The position numbers and the translations under genes are program-made. From Sminthopsis crassicaudata (lineage: Eukaryota), in NCBI RefSeq assembly GCF_048593235.1, contig NC_133618.1, positions 122,427,105 to 122,491,104 on the forward strand: 64,000 nt of DNA, in the 5' to 3' direction. Shown piece by piece: positions 1-11,945 of this stretch. The notes beneath the pieces were generated by a model, which was not told where the DNA came from, did not search any database, and was given only the letters and a program-made list of their open reading frames with translations. Position 1 is the stretch's first letter, and each line of letters starts with the position of its first letter.

Positions 1-1008
1 GGAAAACTGGGACACTGATACATTGTTGGTGGAATTGTAAATGCACCCAACCATTCTGGAGAACAATTTGGAACTATGCTCAAAAGGCTAACAAACTATG
101 CATATCCTTTGATCCAGCAGTGTTACTACTGGGCTTATATCCCAAAGAGATCTTAAAGAAGGGAAAGAAACCTGTATGTGCAAAAATGTTTGTGGCAGCC
201 TTCTTTGTAATGGCCAGAAACTGGAAACTTAATGGATGCCCATCAGTTGGAGAATGGCTGAATAAATTATGACATATGAATGTTACGGAATATCATTGTT
301 CTATTAGAAATGACCAACAGGATGATTTCAGAAAGGCCTAGAGACTTAAATGAACTGATGCTGAGTGAAATGAGCAGGACCAGAAGATCATTATACACTT
401 CAACAACAATACTATATGATGATCAATTCTGATAGACATGGCCCTCTTCAACAATGAGATGAACCAAATCGGTTCCATTTGTCCAATAATGTTCAATCAA
501 TAATTATTCAATAATGAAGAGAACCAGCTAGTGCTAGCACACCCAGCAAAAGAACTATGGGAAATGAGTGTGAACCACAATATAGCATTTCCACTCCCTC
601 TGCATTTTTTATTTCCTTCTCAGGTTATCCTATTTCTAAGTCCAATTTTTCTTGTACAGCAAAATAACTGTATGGATATATATGCATATATTGTATTTAA
701 CATATACTTTAACATTTTTTTTGAGCCTGGGGTTAAGTGACTTGCCCAGGGTCACACAGCTCAGAAGTGTTAAGTGTCTGAGACCACATTTGAATTTGGG
801 TCCTCCTGAATTCAAGGCTGGTGCTCTATCTGCTGCGCCACCCAGCTGCCCCTTACTTTAACATATTTAACATGTATTTGTCTACCTGCCATCTGGGGGA
901 GGGAGTAGGGGGAAGGAGGGGAAAAGTTGGAACAGAAGGTTTTGCAAGGGTCAATACTGAAAAATTACCCATGCATATATCTTGTAAATAAAAAGCTATA
1001 ATAAAAAA
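1..1008 (+). mobile_element. LINE-1 3' portion (degenerate ORF2 end + 3'UTR), interrupted by a SINE
   Basis: L1 ORF2 C-terminal-type sequence (tgttggtggaattgtaaat...gatccagca), G-rich 3'UTR, aataaaaagctataataaaaaa tail; same family as 61427-61800. Confidence 0.85.
716..853 (-). mobile_element. WSINE1-type tRNA-derived SINE nested in the L1 3'UTR
   Basis: Reverse complement starts ggggcagctgggtggcgcag with A/B boxes and a poly-A tail; 11-bp TSD tactttaacat at 705-715 and 854-864. Confidence 0.88.
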
Positions 1009-1659
1009 GTATTAATATTCCCATTTCCTAGATGAGTGATCCTAGGTTCACAATGGTGAAGTAACATCTGACAAGTAAAAAGTGTCTAAAACAAGTCTTT
1101 TGATTTCACAAAGTTTTGCTTTCTTTCCTCTTATACCTCCACAATTCACCTTGTATCTCTAAAATTAATGGTTCAAAGACAAAATAATAGCTAATGTTTA
1201 TATACTACTTTAAGTTTGGCACAGTTCTTTTAAAATGCTAAGGCAATAGATAATTTATCAAAGCAAATTTGATAAATATACAATGCTGAGATAACACCCG
1301 AAGGTTGAAAATAAGTTTCCCTTCCAGTATGACCATAAGTTCTAATATATATTTAATGATTCCAAACATTTCACTGTAAATGTATAGGCCAATAAATATT
1401 TTGGTAATTCAGTGTTTCCAATATAGATGTCAACTTTTTGTCTCCCCCCTTTTTGTATTTCCTTCCTGTCCTCTCCCCCTCAAAAAAAAACTCACACACT
1501 TACAAATTCCAGGAAAGATGGAGGACCTAGCACTAGCATAACTTATTTTGAGTGAAATTTTTGATCTATGGCCTGTGCCAAGGAAAAAGTTCTGTTCACT
1601 GAATTCTAGAATAACTAAATTACAACTACCCTTCTATAGTATTTTAAGGCATTTCAACC

Positions 1660-2620
1660 AATCAAGAAATAGTTATTAAAGACTTACTATGTGCCAGGTC
1701 CTGGGCTAGGTCCTGGGGAGACAAGCACAAATAATGAAATAATCCCTACTCAATGAGAATTTGCATTCTGAAAGGAGAAGAAAGTATAAACACACACACA
1801 TGTATATATAATAGAAAATTAATAAACACAAATATAAACAAAGTAATTAAATACAAGATAATTTGAGAATGAGAAGAAGTGGGAAGTTAATGCTGAGCTG
1901 TACCAAGGAAATGAGGCAGAATAATGGAAGGAGTGCACCCAAGCATGAGAGATGGACAAAGCAAAAAGCACAAAGATGTCATGCATGAGGAATAGAGAAG
2001 CTGGTTTGTTTGGATCCTGGAGTATGAGAGAAAGAAAAAATCTAATCAATCTGAAAAGATAAATTATGCCAGTTTTGTTTGGGGTTTAAAACCTCAACAC
2101 AGTTTATATTTTATCCTTGATGCCATAGATAGCTACTGGAACTGATCAAATAAGAGAGTCACATATTCCAAACTGTGCTTAAAGAAATTACTTTGGGTAG
2201 CTGTACATAGAACAGACTAGAATGGTGAGAGATTTGAGACAGGGAAAACAATTAGGAGACTATTATGAGAATCTAGGGGAAAGTGATGGGAGTTTGAACT
2301 TCTGTAGCAATTGTGTGAGTGGAATGAAGGGATAAGATGTAACAGTTGTGAAGGTAAAAATAGCAGGATTTGGCATCTGATTGGATATGTGAAGAGAATA
2401 AGGAATCAAGAATAATGCCAAGATTCTGAAGTTGGAAGACTAAAAAGAGGTTAGTGCTTTCATGGTTTAGGACAGTTTTAAAAGACCAAAAGATTTAGAT
2501 GGGAAGATAATGAATTCAATTTTAAACATGTTGAGATATACTTTTTGAAATGTCTAATAGTCTATTGATGATGTGAGACTAGACTTCAGGGAAAATATCA
2601 GGTCTGGGTATGAAACAATA
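1660..2620 (-). mobile_element. Old LINE-2 remnant (approximate bounds)
   Basis: L2 3'-end signature (ttattaaagacttactatgtgccagg...) followed by purine-rich degenerate L2 body. Confidence 0.55.
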
Positions 2621-4528
2621 GAGATCTAGAAATCATCTACAAACATGAAATACATACCTAGATTATAGTTAAATCTATTTGGGGTGGTGGATGGAAATAA
2701 TTGAGGATGCAATTTGCTGGAGAAGGTAAGAGGGGATACAATGAAGTACACAAATAAAATATTTAAATAAATATTTATGTAAAATATTTAAATAAATATT
2801 TATGTAAGATATTTATTTCCTTGAAAAGGAAAAGATCCAGCTTTTGGTCAGAGATTGGAGGAATAAGAATTCTTTGAGAATTCATCAAATCCAAAGCATC
2901 ATAATAGATTGAACCATTGCTCACAAGTACTTATGCATAGCATTAACCTATAAAAATTTAAGAACAACATTGTAATAGATACCACAATGGAAAATACTCA
3001 ATTGTTTCCAAATAATATCAAATAAATATATTTCAAAATAATTACTTTAGAGGAAGAAATTAAAACCTTATATATACTTCATCACTGTCATCTTGTCTGC
3101 TACTGGAATTGTGTTAGAAAATCTTTCACTGAACCTAAAGATAAGATTACATCCTATTATTCTTATTCAATTATAAAAAGCAATTATTTTAGCCAACAAA
3201 GCAATAGTCCCCAGAAGATTAAATGTATAAGAATAACAGGTTAATGACTAATAGTTGCAGGATCATGTCCATCTGAACACTAAAACATGAAAATGCAGGT
3301 GGATGATGGTGGTGATGGTGATGGTGGTGATGGTGGTGATGATGATGATGGAGGCTCAGCTCCATATTACATTTACAAAGTGATTTCTCCACAATAACAA
3401 GGTCCAAAATGCAGGTATTACCCACCCATTTTACAAACAGGAAAGCCAAAACTCAGAGGGGGGTCTATATACATGGCAAATAGTTACAGGCATAACAGCA
3501 CTTTGTAGTAGGCAGGGGCCTATCAAACTTGACTGAATGATATTTGTTTGGGAAGTTCCAAATGAGGAGCCAAGTGTGTCTGAGGTTAAGCAGAACACTG
3601 CATGAAGATGGTGCTAAAAAGCCATGTGTTGAGCTAAGTGAATAAGGCTCTGTACAGGACTAGGATTGCAATGCCAGAGCGGGATCTGACTAAGAACAGC
3701 AGTCCCATGATCCCTGGGGCTTTGGGATTAAGGTTGGTTTTGTTGTGGCAACTATTTCTCTCCCATAAATTCTTTGGGTCAATAGCTGACACTTTGGGAA
3801 GGGATTTTCTCAACAGGCAGACAAAGACCCGAACTGATTCTTGGGTTTACATATTGGAACTCAAGACAAAAATTTTTGCAGGAAATTTGTTCCCAGGACA
3901 GAACAAGCTACAACTGAGCTTCCCCAAACAAGATAGCTCTGTATAATGAAAAGAGAGCTGGCCCTGGAGCAGGAGAGTCGGATTCTGATTCAACTACTTT
4001 GTCACTGGGCTCTAAAGTATTGTCTTCTTTCCGCAAAGAAAAAGGTTAGAATAGAGTAAAGGTTGTTATCCTAGAGTCCCTGAATTTGGTTTTGTTTTAT
4101 TTGGTTTTTTTAATGTTTTGATAGCTATTTCAATATAATTGCTTTCATTTGTAATCCCGTTAAAAAATTTTTTTCTGAAATAAAAGTTCAGACTCCACCA
4201 GACTGACAAAGGGGATTATGACACAAAAATGGTTAAAAATCAGTGGACTAAATGATCACTAGGCACCTTTTTTTTTCTTCTCAAAAATGACTCCCATTTC
4301 TAAATCACTTTAAGATTTATTTTCAAGGAAGCAAGCATTATGTTCCAGGCACTAAGTTCAGCTCTGAAGACAGATATACCAAAAAAAAAAAAAAAAATGA
4401 CATCATTTTTGCTCTCAAGAAATTTATATTTTGTTGAAGCTGAGGGGAGGGGGAATATACATGAACAACAATTTATTAAGCACTTCCCATGGATTTTACT
4501 CAGTACTGAGGGAAAGAAAAAAAGAAGG

Positions 4529-4700
4529 NNNNNNNNNNNNNNNNNNNNNNNNNNNNNNNNNNNNNNNNNNNNNNNNNNNNNNNNNNNNNNNNNNNNNNNN
4601 NNNNNNNNNNNNNNNNNNNNNNNNNNNNNNNNNNNNNNNNNNNNNNNNNNNNNNNNNNNNNNNNNNNNNNNNNNNNNNNNNNNNNNNNNNNNNNNNNNNN
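4529..4700. other. Assembly gap (172 N)
   Basis: N run flanked by purine-rich simple sequence. Confidence 0.99.
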
Positions 4701-5871
4701 AGAAAGATTCCTTATTCTCAAGGTGGTCACATTCCATTGGGGAAAACAGAAAATACATAGATAAGCATATAGAGGATAAATATGAAATAAATGCAAAGTA
4801 CTTAAGAGCATTTATCTCATAATTATTCTAAACAAAGGGACTCTTTTAGCTTTTCTATATTGCTACTTTACTGTATGTGAGCACAAGATAGTTATTTTCT
4901 TGCTTGCAATTAGTTTGAATTTCTAGAGTTATTATTATCATAATTAATTTTAACCCTAGACAATGAGTTTATTTTATGAGACACTGTGGCTATAATACTT
5001 AAAGGAAAACATTTGAGCATTATACCTGAAATTAGAAGACCTGGCTCATGGCCTAACTGCTGTATGACTTTAAACACAGGCTATGTGACCTTGAACAATT
5101 CACTCTTCCCATTCAACTTCCATATACTCTTATGAAAAATGTTAGGTTCAATTATCTCTAAAATTCTTTTCAGTTAATGTATTTGTACTTCTAAGATTAA
5201 TTCAATAAAGTGTTTACCAAGGTCATAGAAGACATCCTACATAAAATCTAAATAAAAGGATTATCTACTGATGACTAAGATTCTACAAATGAACCTATCT
5301 GCTAATGATACTATACTAAATATGTTAAGCCTAGTAATCCTACAAAATCTCCTTACTATATCCTATAGAAATGTGAAAATGATCTAATAATTCCCAACAG
5401 GATAACAAAGTATATTAAAAAAAAAAAAAAAAAAAAAAAACATGCCTTCCAGACAAATGGCCAGTTACTTGGATGAATAATCCACTGACTTGATCTGCCG
5501 ATATGGATATGTCACTCATGACCTAGCATCCCAAGCTCTGTGTTTATATAGACCAGGTCCAGTCTTGAACACTTCTCAAAAACCCTTTCTTATTAGTACA
5601 TTTCATTCTGATTTAAAGAATCTTTTGGAAATTGCAAGTTTTTTCTTGAATACAGCAAGCATAAATACATGTATTTATATAAAATAAAGAATTCCCAAGA
5701 TTCTATGTGACTTTCAAGGTAATAAGATATTTTGAGTTAGAAGAAATTTTTCATTTTACCCCAAAGAATATGCAAAAAGCATATCAAAATCACACACTAA
5801 CCCATAAGTAGTAGAAATAATTCCCCCAATTTCTCTGATAAGCCCCACCTTCCTTCTTGCCCAGGGATATA

Positions 5872-6116
5872 TTGTTGTTGTTCAGTCATTTCAGTCATGT
5901 CCATCCAATTCTTCATGATCTCATTTGGGATTTTCTAGGGAGAGATACAAGAGTGGTTTGCCATTTACTTCTCCAGCTCATTTTACAAATGAGGAAACTG
6001 AGGCAGACAGGATTAAGTGACTTGCTCAGAGTCACATAGCTAGTAAGTGTCTAAGAATGGATTTGAACTCAGGTCTTCCTGATTCCAGGCTTAGTGCTGT
6101 TTCCACTGAACCACCT
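5872..6116 (-). mobile_element. MAR1-type CORE-SINE
   Basis: ttgttgttcagtcatttcagtcatgtcc tail, CORE gaggaaactgaggc, tRNA head at the right end. Confidence 0.75.
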
Positions 6117-7249
6117 CATTCCCCAAAACAGCCCTGTAATTTGTACTTCTCTCAGAAGAAAAACTAATTTGAAGTTACTAAAAAGAGACTTCCTTATATT
6201 CTGGTGAGTCCCTTTTTTATCCTAGGGACTGGAAAGAGGCCTCTATCTTTATTACTACTCTAAGAGTTTGAACTCTACTGAAAAGGAAGAAAATATTAGG
6301 GTTACTAAAAAAAATACACCCATTCCAATCTGACCTGTATTGTCTGAATGACATAGATAGTAGAAGAAGTTGAAGAAACTTTTATTTGCACATATTGTCC
6401 CCCTATTATATTCTATCTCTATTCATGGAGCTATGGGTATGCTCCTATACTTCCCAGGAGCTTAGAGCCACCCAGAAATTCTCCCTAGTTTCTAGAAGGC
6501 TAAGTTCTTCTAGAATTGCAATCCCTCCTGCATCCTAGACAGTAGGTTCCCAAACGCTTAAGAAATATCCCCTCCACTAAACTTCAGTAACTTCTGACAA
6601 TCATCTAGAAAACCAGGATGTAGGAATTCCTATTCTTTGCCTTACTTTCTGTTCCTCAAACATCTGTATACTATCTCCTATCTCTGTGCCTTTATACAAG
6701 CTGTTTCTAATAATTGGACCACTCTCTCTCTTCTCACCTCTGTCACCTGGAAGTGTTAATATTCTGTAAGGCCCAGCTCAAATGCACATCCTACTAAAGA
6801 GATTTTTAATATTCTTGAATCTCAGTAGTACCATGTGCTCCCCAAACCACTTTGTATTTATTTGGTATATAATTTATATTTACTGTATTTACTAATTTTC
6901 TAAACATATTATATCACCCCAGTAAAATGTGAGCTTCTTAGGGCCACATATTATTTCATTTTTGTATTTTTAACCAATATTTGTTGTTAAGGGGTCCCCT
7001 GAACTTGTTCTTTTGAATTGCTATATTTTCCAGGAATACTGGATCCAGAGAGTTCAAGAAATCTTGAATATGTCAAGAATGATGTCACCTTTTCAGCTCC
7101 ACCCTGAGCTGATGTAATTTGCTGTTTTCATCCCCAAGGTAGACTCCTTGCATGTCCTTAGGAGTCAAGTGATTGTTATATTGTAGGTGCTTAATAAGTT
7201 ACTGATTGAATGGTGAGGGAAAACTTTGGAACTATTATAGTGTGGTTGG

Positions 7250-7680
7250 GAATACCTAAAGTCCAATAATAGGGTTGCTGAGTGTAAGCTAAGATCCCAC
7301 AGCATATATAGTGAATGCAACCAAAATTTTTACATGATTTTGTCCAAAAATAGTCAGCAATCCAGAGGAAGAATAAAAGAAATCAGAAATTGTAACTTAT
7401 CCAGAGTTGATGTTTAAGAAGGTGAGAATAGTTGAAGGTCAAGGGGTTGGGGATTCCAAGGTGGTGGCTAAAAAACTATTGAAGTGGCTGATTACATGGC
7501 CAAAGCTTGATAGGGAGATAAGTGATGCCAGAGTGGTAGAGATAGATTGGAAGAATGGGGAAAGGTCAAGGAACTGATGAACACAAGAGTGAAGAGGAGG
7601 ATTAGTATGAGTGAGTGACTGGGAAAAGTGGAAAGATAGTCGGCTATGGTCAGATGCTCCTATGGCAAGAGGCAGCAATA
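7250..7680 (-). mobile_element. LINE-2 ORF2 fragment
   Basis: ORF 7439-7678 reads SDH..LSF...DLS...FNS.LATTLES.TP, typical of the L2 post-endonuclease region. Confidence 0.55.
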
Positions 7681-8172
7681 GTGTAATGAGCAGAAATCAC
7701 ACTGGGCTTTATTTTAGCCCACACTGGGTTTAATTTTAGTTCCTTCCATGTCTCAATTTCCTCAACTCAAACAAATTCCCAATATTCCTTGATTCAGACA
7801 AATATATCCAAATAAATGGATCACTTCACAATTCCACTTCAACAGCGAATTAATGTCCTAATGTTTCCACATTTCCTCCAACATTTGTCACTTTTTTCTT
7901 CAATCATTTTAGCTAATTTCAAGTTGTTTTAATTTTAATTTCTCTAATCAATAATGGAGAGCATTTTTGCACATGAATATATTTTGGTTTGATTTATTCT
8001 TTGGAAATCTTCCTGTTCATATCCTTTAATCAGTTTTCAGTTGGGGAATGACTTGTATCTTTATAAATTTTATAAAGTTCTTTACATATTTGAGATATGA
8101 GATCTTTACCAAAGAAACTATTTATAAATTTTTCCCTATTTTCCTTACATTGCTCAAAAATATTCCAACTTC

Positions 8173-8475
8173 AAATCTTCAACATAAAGAAGATCCAACT
8201 CACTTCCAGTTGATCAATGATGGACGGAGATAACTACACCCAGAGAAGGAACACTGGGAAGTGAATGTAAATTGTTAGCACTACTGTCTATCTACCCAGG
8301 TTACTTATACCTTCGGAAGCTAATACTTAACATGCAACAAGAAAATGGTATTTACACACATATATTGTATCTAGGTTATATTGTAACACATGTAAAATGT
8401 ATGGGATTACCTGTCATGGGGGGAGGGAGTAGAGGAAGTGAGGGGATAATTTGGAAAAATGAATTAAAAAAAAAT
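8173..8475 (+). mobile_element. Young 5'-truncated LINE-1 (3'UTR only)
   Basis: Dasyurid-type L1 3'UTR with A tail; perfect 13-bp TSD atattccaacttc at 8160-8172 and 8476-8488. Confidence 0.85.
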
Positions 8476-8878
8476 ATATTCCAACTTCTAGACATTGCTC
8501 ATTGTTCTGTCTTGGGGAAAGGGGGATTCAGAACTAGTCTAATAATACTTCCAATGATGCTTCCAAATAACAATACTTCAAACATTCCAAAGAATTTGAT
8601 CCTTGAAATGTACCAAAGTAGTTATCCAGTTCAGCATATAACTGAAAAATAAACTCCTCAACAAGGTTTTTAAACCCCATTTAAAAAAAAAAAAAAAAAA
8701 AAAAGGAAAGATTGTTACCTCCTCGGAAGCCCATTTCACCTATAGGCAGCTTTAAAGATTAGGAAGTTTTTCCTAACATCAGTTCTTAGTTTAACTCTTT
8801 GTAACTCAAACCACTGTTCTTACATCTGCCCTCTGGATCCAAAAAGAATAGCATCAATTCTTTCTCTAAATGATAGCC

Positions 8879-9384
8879 TGTAATGTTCTCTGGGAGCAGG
8901 TTTCTTGAAGGGCTTCTGGAGGTAGCCTTAGTTTCAGTTCAGTTCAATAATCCCAAATGCAGCCAGGAGTTAAAGTCCACATCCTTTATTTTCTCCTTCA
9001 AGTCTTATCTCCTTCCTTGGGCCCGGTTAGCTTTCTTAGAGGCCTATCTCTCTCCTTGGTTCCCTGAGAGCTCCTGTCCAAATGTCTCCAGCCAGCACAA
9101 ATGTGGAAGTGGGAATGAATCTTGACTCCTCCCAGAGAGTGGGATTGTGGGTTTCTGTGGTCTTGTGAATCTCCCAAAGTCCATGAGCAAGCTTTTCTTT
9201 TCCTCCTTATATATGCTCTCTAAAGGTGTGAAATCTAATGTGTGAACCAATGAGTGAACTCCTTTAAAGGTGTGAACTAAGTACATTACCTTGTCTCAAG
9301 TTCTGGCCCATAACCTGTCTCCTTGTAGGATCAGATCAATCATACTGAATCATGCTAAATTAGCACCTTGTAAGAATGCTAACA
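8879..9384 (-). mobile_element. Solo LTR (~506 bp), probably class II ERV
   Basis: TGT...ACA termini; 6-bp TSD atagcc/ataacc (1 mismatch); minus-strand TATA (~9205) upstream of AATAAA (~8985); homologous to the LTR at 41258; sits in CR1/L3-like flanks. Confidence 0.85.
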
Positions 9385-10403
9385 ATAACCCCTCCAATAC
9401 AAAAGACAGGAGTCACATCCAATTTAAGTCAACTTGCCAGTTCCTTCAACCAACACTTACACAATATTAATTTGGGGTACTTCCTAACTCTAGTCTTCCT
9501 CTTTGGGACACTTGCCAGTTTATCAATGTCCTTCCTAAAAGGCTACACTCTGAACTGAATTCAATACTCCAGATGTTGTCTAACTAGAGCAAAAAATAGT
9601 CAAAGTATTATCTCTATTCCTGGAAGCTGTGCCTTTCTTAACACAATATGAGATTTCATTGGCTTCCTTGGCTACCATATAATACTCTTAACTTTTATCG
9701 AGCTAGCAGTCTCCTAAAACCCCCACATCTTTTCCAGATGAACTACTTCCTGTGAAATTTCATCTCAGTTGACTTAAGTCATTGTTTCTTCCTATCAATA
9801 TTATTTGACATCCTATTTTCCAATTAATTAAATATTCTTCTTAGCTTTGTGCTATTTGCAAATTTAATAAGTATACAGCTTCCATCTTTACCCAAGACTT
9901 TATAAAAATGTTAAATAGCATAAGGCGAAGCAAGTGTAGATTCCCTGGGGGACTAAGCTAGAGATTCCCAAGTTAAACTATGTAGTTCATGCTTGCTATC
10001 AAATTATCCAAGTTGCCAGGAAATAGAATGACATTCTGAAAACAACACTAAGATAAGGAAAAAGACTTTAAATTCAACAAAGACACACTTCCACCCAGGG
10101 TGAGTACTATGTAACTTGTCAGGATCCAATCCACTTTTTAGCCATATCCGAGACAACACATTGAGATGACTCATTACCCTCCCACATTACCTCAAAGAAT
10201 ATAAAGACAAAAAATGCAAAGAAAGGTGGGTTGATTGAACTAAACCAGAGCAAACTTTCTTGTGAAATGGAACATCAATTGAGCAATTTAATGTGCAAAG
10301 AGTAGAAGCTGCTCTTCTACTGAAACTATAATAGCACTCCACTTTCCTTTGTGATATATAAATAAAGGATGAGTGCCTGCGTTAGTGACTATATGACTGA
10401 ATG

Positions 10404-11015
10404 TGATGAGAGAAAGGAAAGGGGGAACCCCATTGGTTGGCACAAAGATAGTAAGATAGTCCCATGAGGCACGGTGTCCTCTGTAAATGAATTTATAGGC
10501 CCGAAAGCCTAGATTGATAAAAGGTTTATTGTAGAAATTTGGAAGTAAAGTTGAAGATAGAAAGACACCAGGGCCAAAAGCTGGGCGAGCAGGAACCCTT
10601 ACATGGCCAGAAGGATACCATGTTTTGGGGGGAAGGGCTCCTGCAAAGAGAGAGCTCCAGTTTGGCTCTTTTATACCTAAAAGGTGCTTGTGGGTGGTAC
10701 CCCAAGTTCCTGGCGGGCTTTTCAGATAAGGAAGAAACTGTTTGTGGGGGGTTGGGGAAACCTGAGCAGATAGTGGGGGCTGAAAAACCCAAGCCAGCTC
10801 AGATCTGGTGGGGGCTGGGTCTGGATATTCAAAAGGGTGCTTTTTGACCAGGATTTGTGAATCAAAGGTCAGCCATGGGGGTTGGGGAATCAGAAAGGAA
10901 TCTTAAACAGTTAAGACTTAAATTCATTTAAAAAAATTTGGGGCAGTGTCCTTCATTTAAGGCAAGGTTGAAGATTTTCTCCAAAAATCTTCAGAGTAGC
11001 GGGGTCCCCTCATCT
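10404..11015 (-). mobile_element. ERV1-type 3' LTR
   Basis: tgatgag terminus; the aataaaccttttatcaatctaggctttcgggcc segment is shared with the LTR at 22587; preceded on the minus strand by a purine tract. Confidence 0.8.
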
Positions 11016-11330
11016 TGTTTCCCCCTCAAACTGTTACCTCCAAATGCATGTGGGAAAAGGGGCATCAATCTCTTCTTAACTGCTTTGAGCTGACAAGGGT
11101 CGTAGAGATTTGGGATTTCATGCCAGAAGGTGAGGCATAAGGTGTGGGAGATGGCAGCAGGGCATCTGGGGGTATCCCGGTCAGTCCCGAGTCAGTTGTC
11201 CCATGTTCTCCAGGCTAAAGGGCAACTGAGAATCCAAAGTTTGAAGCCTAGAGAAAACAGATCTCAGGAACAGATTAAAAGTGGGGTGTCATCCAGCGTG
11301 GAGATGGTGACATTCAGGAGAATAGGGCCT
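11016..11330 (-). mobile_element. ERV1 internal 3' remnant (env cytoplasmic tail + polypurine tract)
   Basis: Minus strand reads GPILLNV...SRLQTLDSQL-like env tail, a cccttgtcagctcaaagcagtta motif, then gagggggaaacaa next to the LTR. Confidence 0.6.
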
Positions 11331-11420
11331 TTAGCAAGAAATGCATCAAATGCATCTGAATATGTGTGTCTGCATAAATGTGGGAAATGTGAATATATAG
11401 TAAAACTGAGGAAACTTTTT

Positions 11421-11945
11421 AGTAAATTTATTTTTTAATACATTTTGCTTTATGAATCATGTTGGGAGAGAAAAATCAGAGCAAAAGGGAAAAACCATGG
11501 GAGAGGGAAAAAAAAAAAAAACCAAACAGAAAAAAAAGTGAATATAGCATTTGTAGATTTACATTGTCTCCTTAGTTTGTTTTGTTTTGTTTTTTTCAGT
11601 ATACAGATGGCATTTTCTGTCCAAAGTCTATCAGGATTGCTTTGGATCACTGAACCACTGAGAAGAACCAAGTTTTTCATAGCTAATCATCACACATTCT
11701 TGCTGTTATTGTGTGCAATGTATTTCTGATTCTGCTTGTTTTACTCAGCATCAGTTCATAAATCTTTCCAGGCCTTTCTAAAATCAGTTTGTTCATCATT
11801 TTTTATAGTACAATAATATTCCATTGCCTTCAGATACTACAACTTGTTCAGACACTCCCCAGTTGATTGGCATCTACTCATTTTCCAATTCTTTGCTACC
11901 ACAAAAAGATCTGCTACAAACACTTTTGCATTTGTGAGTCCTTTT
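11421..11945 (-). mobile_element. 5'-truncated LINE-1 3' end
   Basis: Reverse L1 ORF2 end/3'UTR; TSD core tgaggaaact at 11407-11416 and 11946-11955. Confidence 0.8.

Noticed and set aside
2756-2808. ~25-bp AT-rich tandem duplication
   Set aside because: Ordinary slippage in low-complexity DNA.
3300-3351. Poly-His ORF (3219-3449, minus)
   Set aside because: A degenerate (GAT/GGT)n microsatellite read in one frame; no splice context or homology.
4300-4822. Long ORFs around 4300-4822 and 14570-14980
   Set aside because: Artefacts of translating through N gaps.
7845-8475. Possible twin-primed (5'-inverted) L1
   Set aside because: The 13-bp TSD encloses only 8173-8475, and the inverted piece looks much older, so these are two separate insertions.
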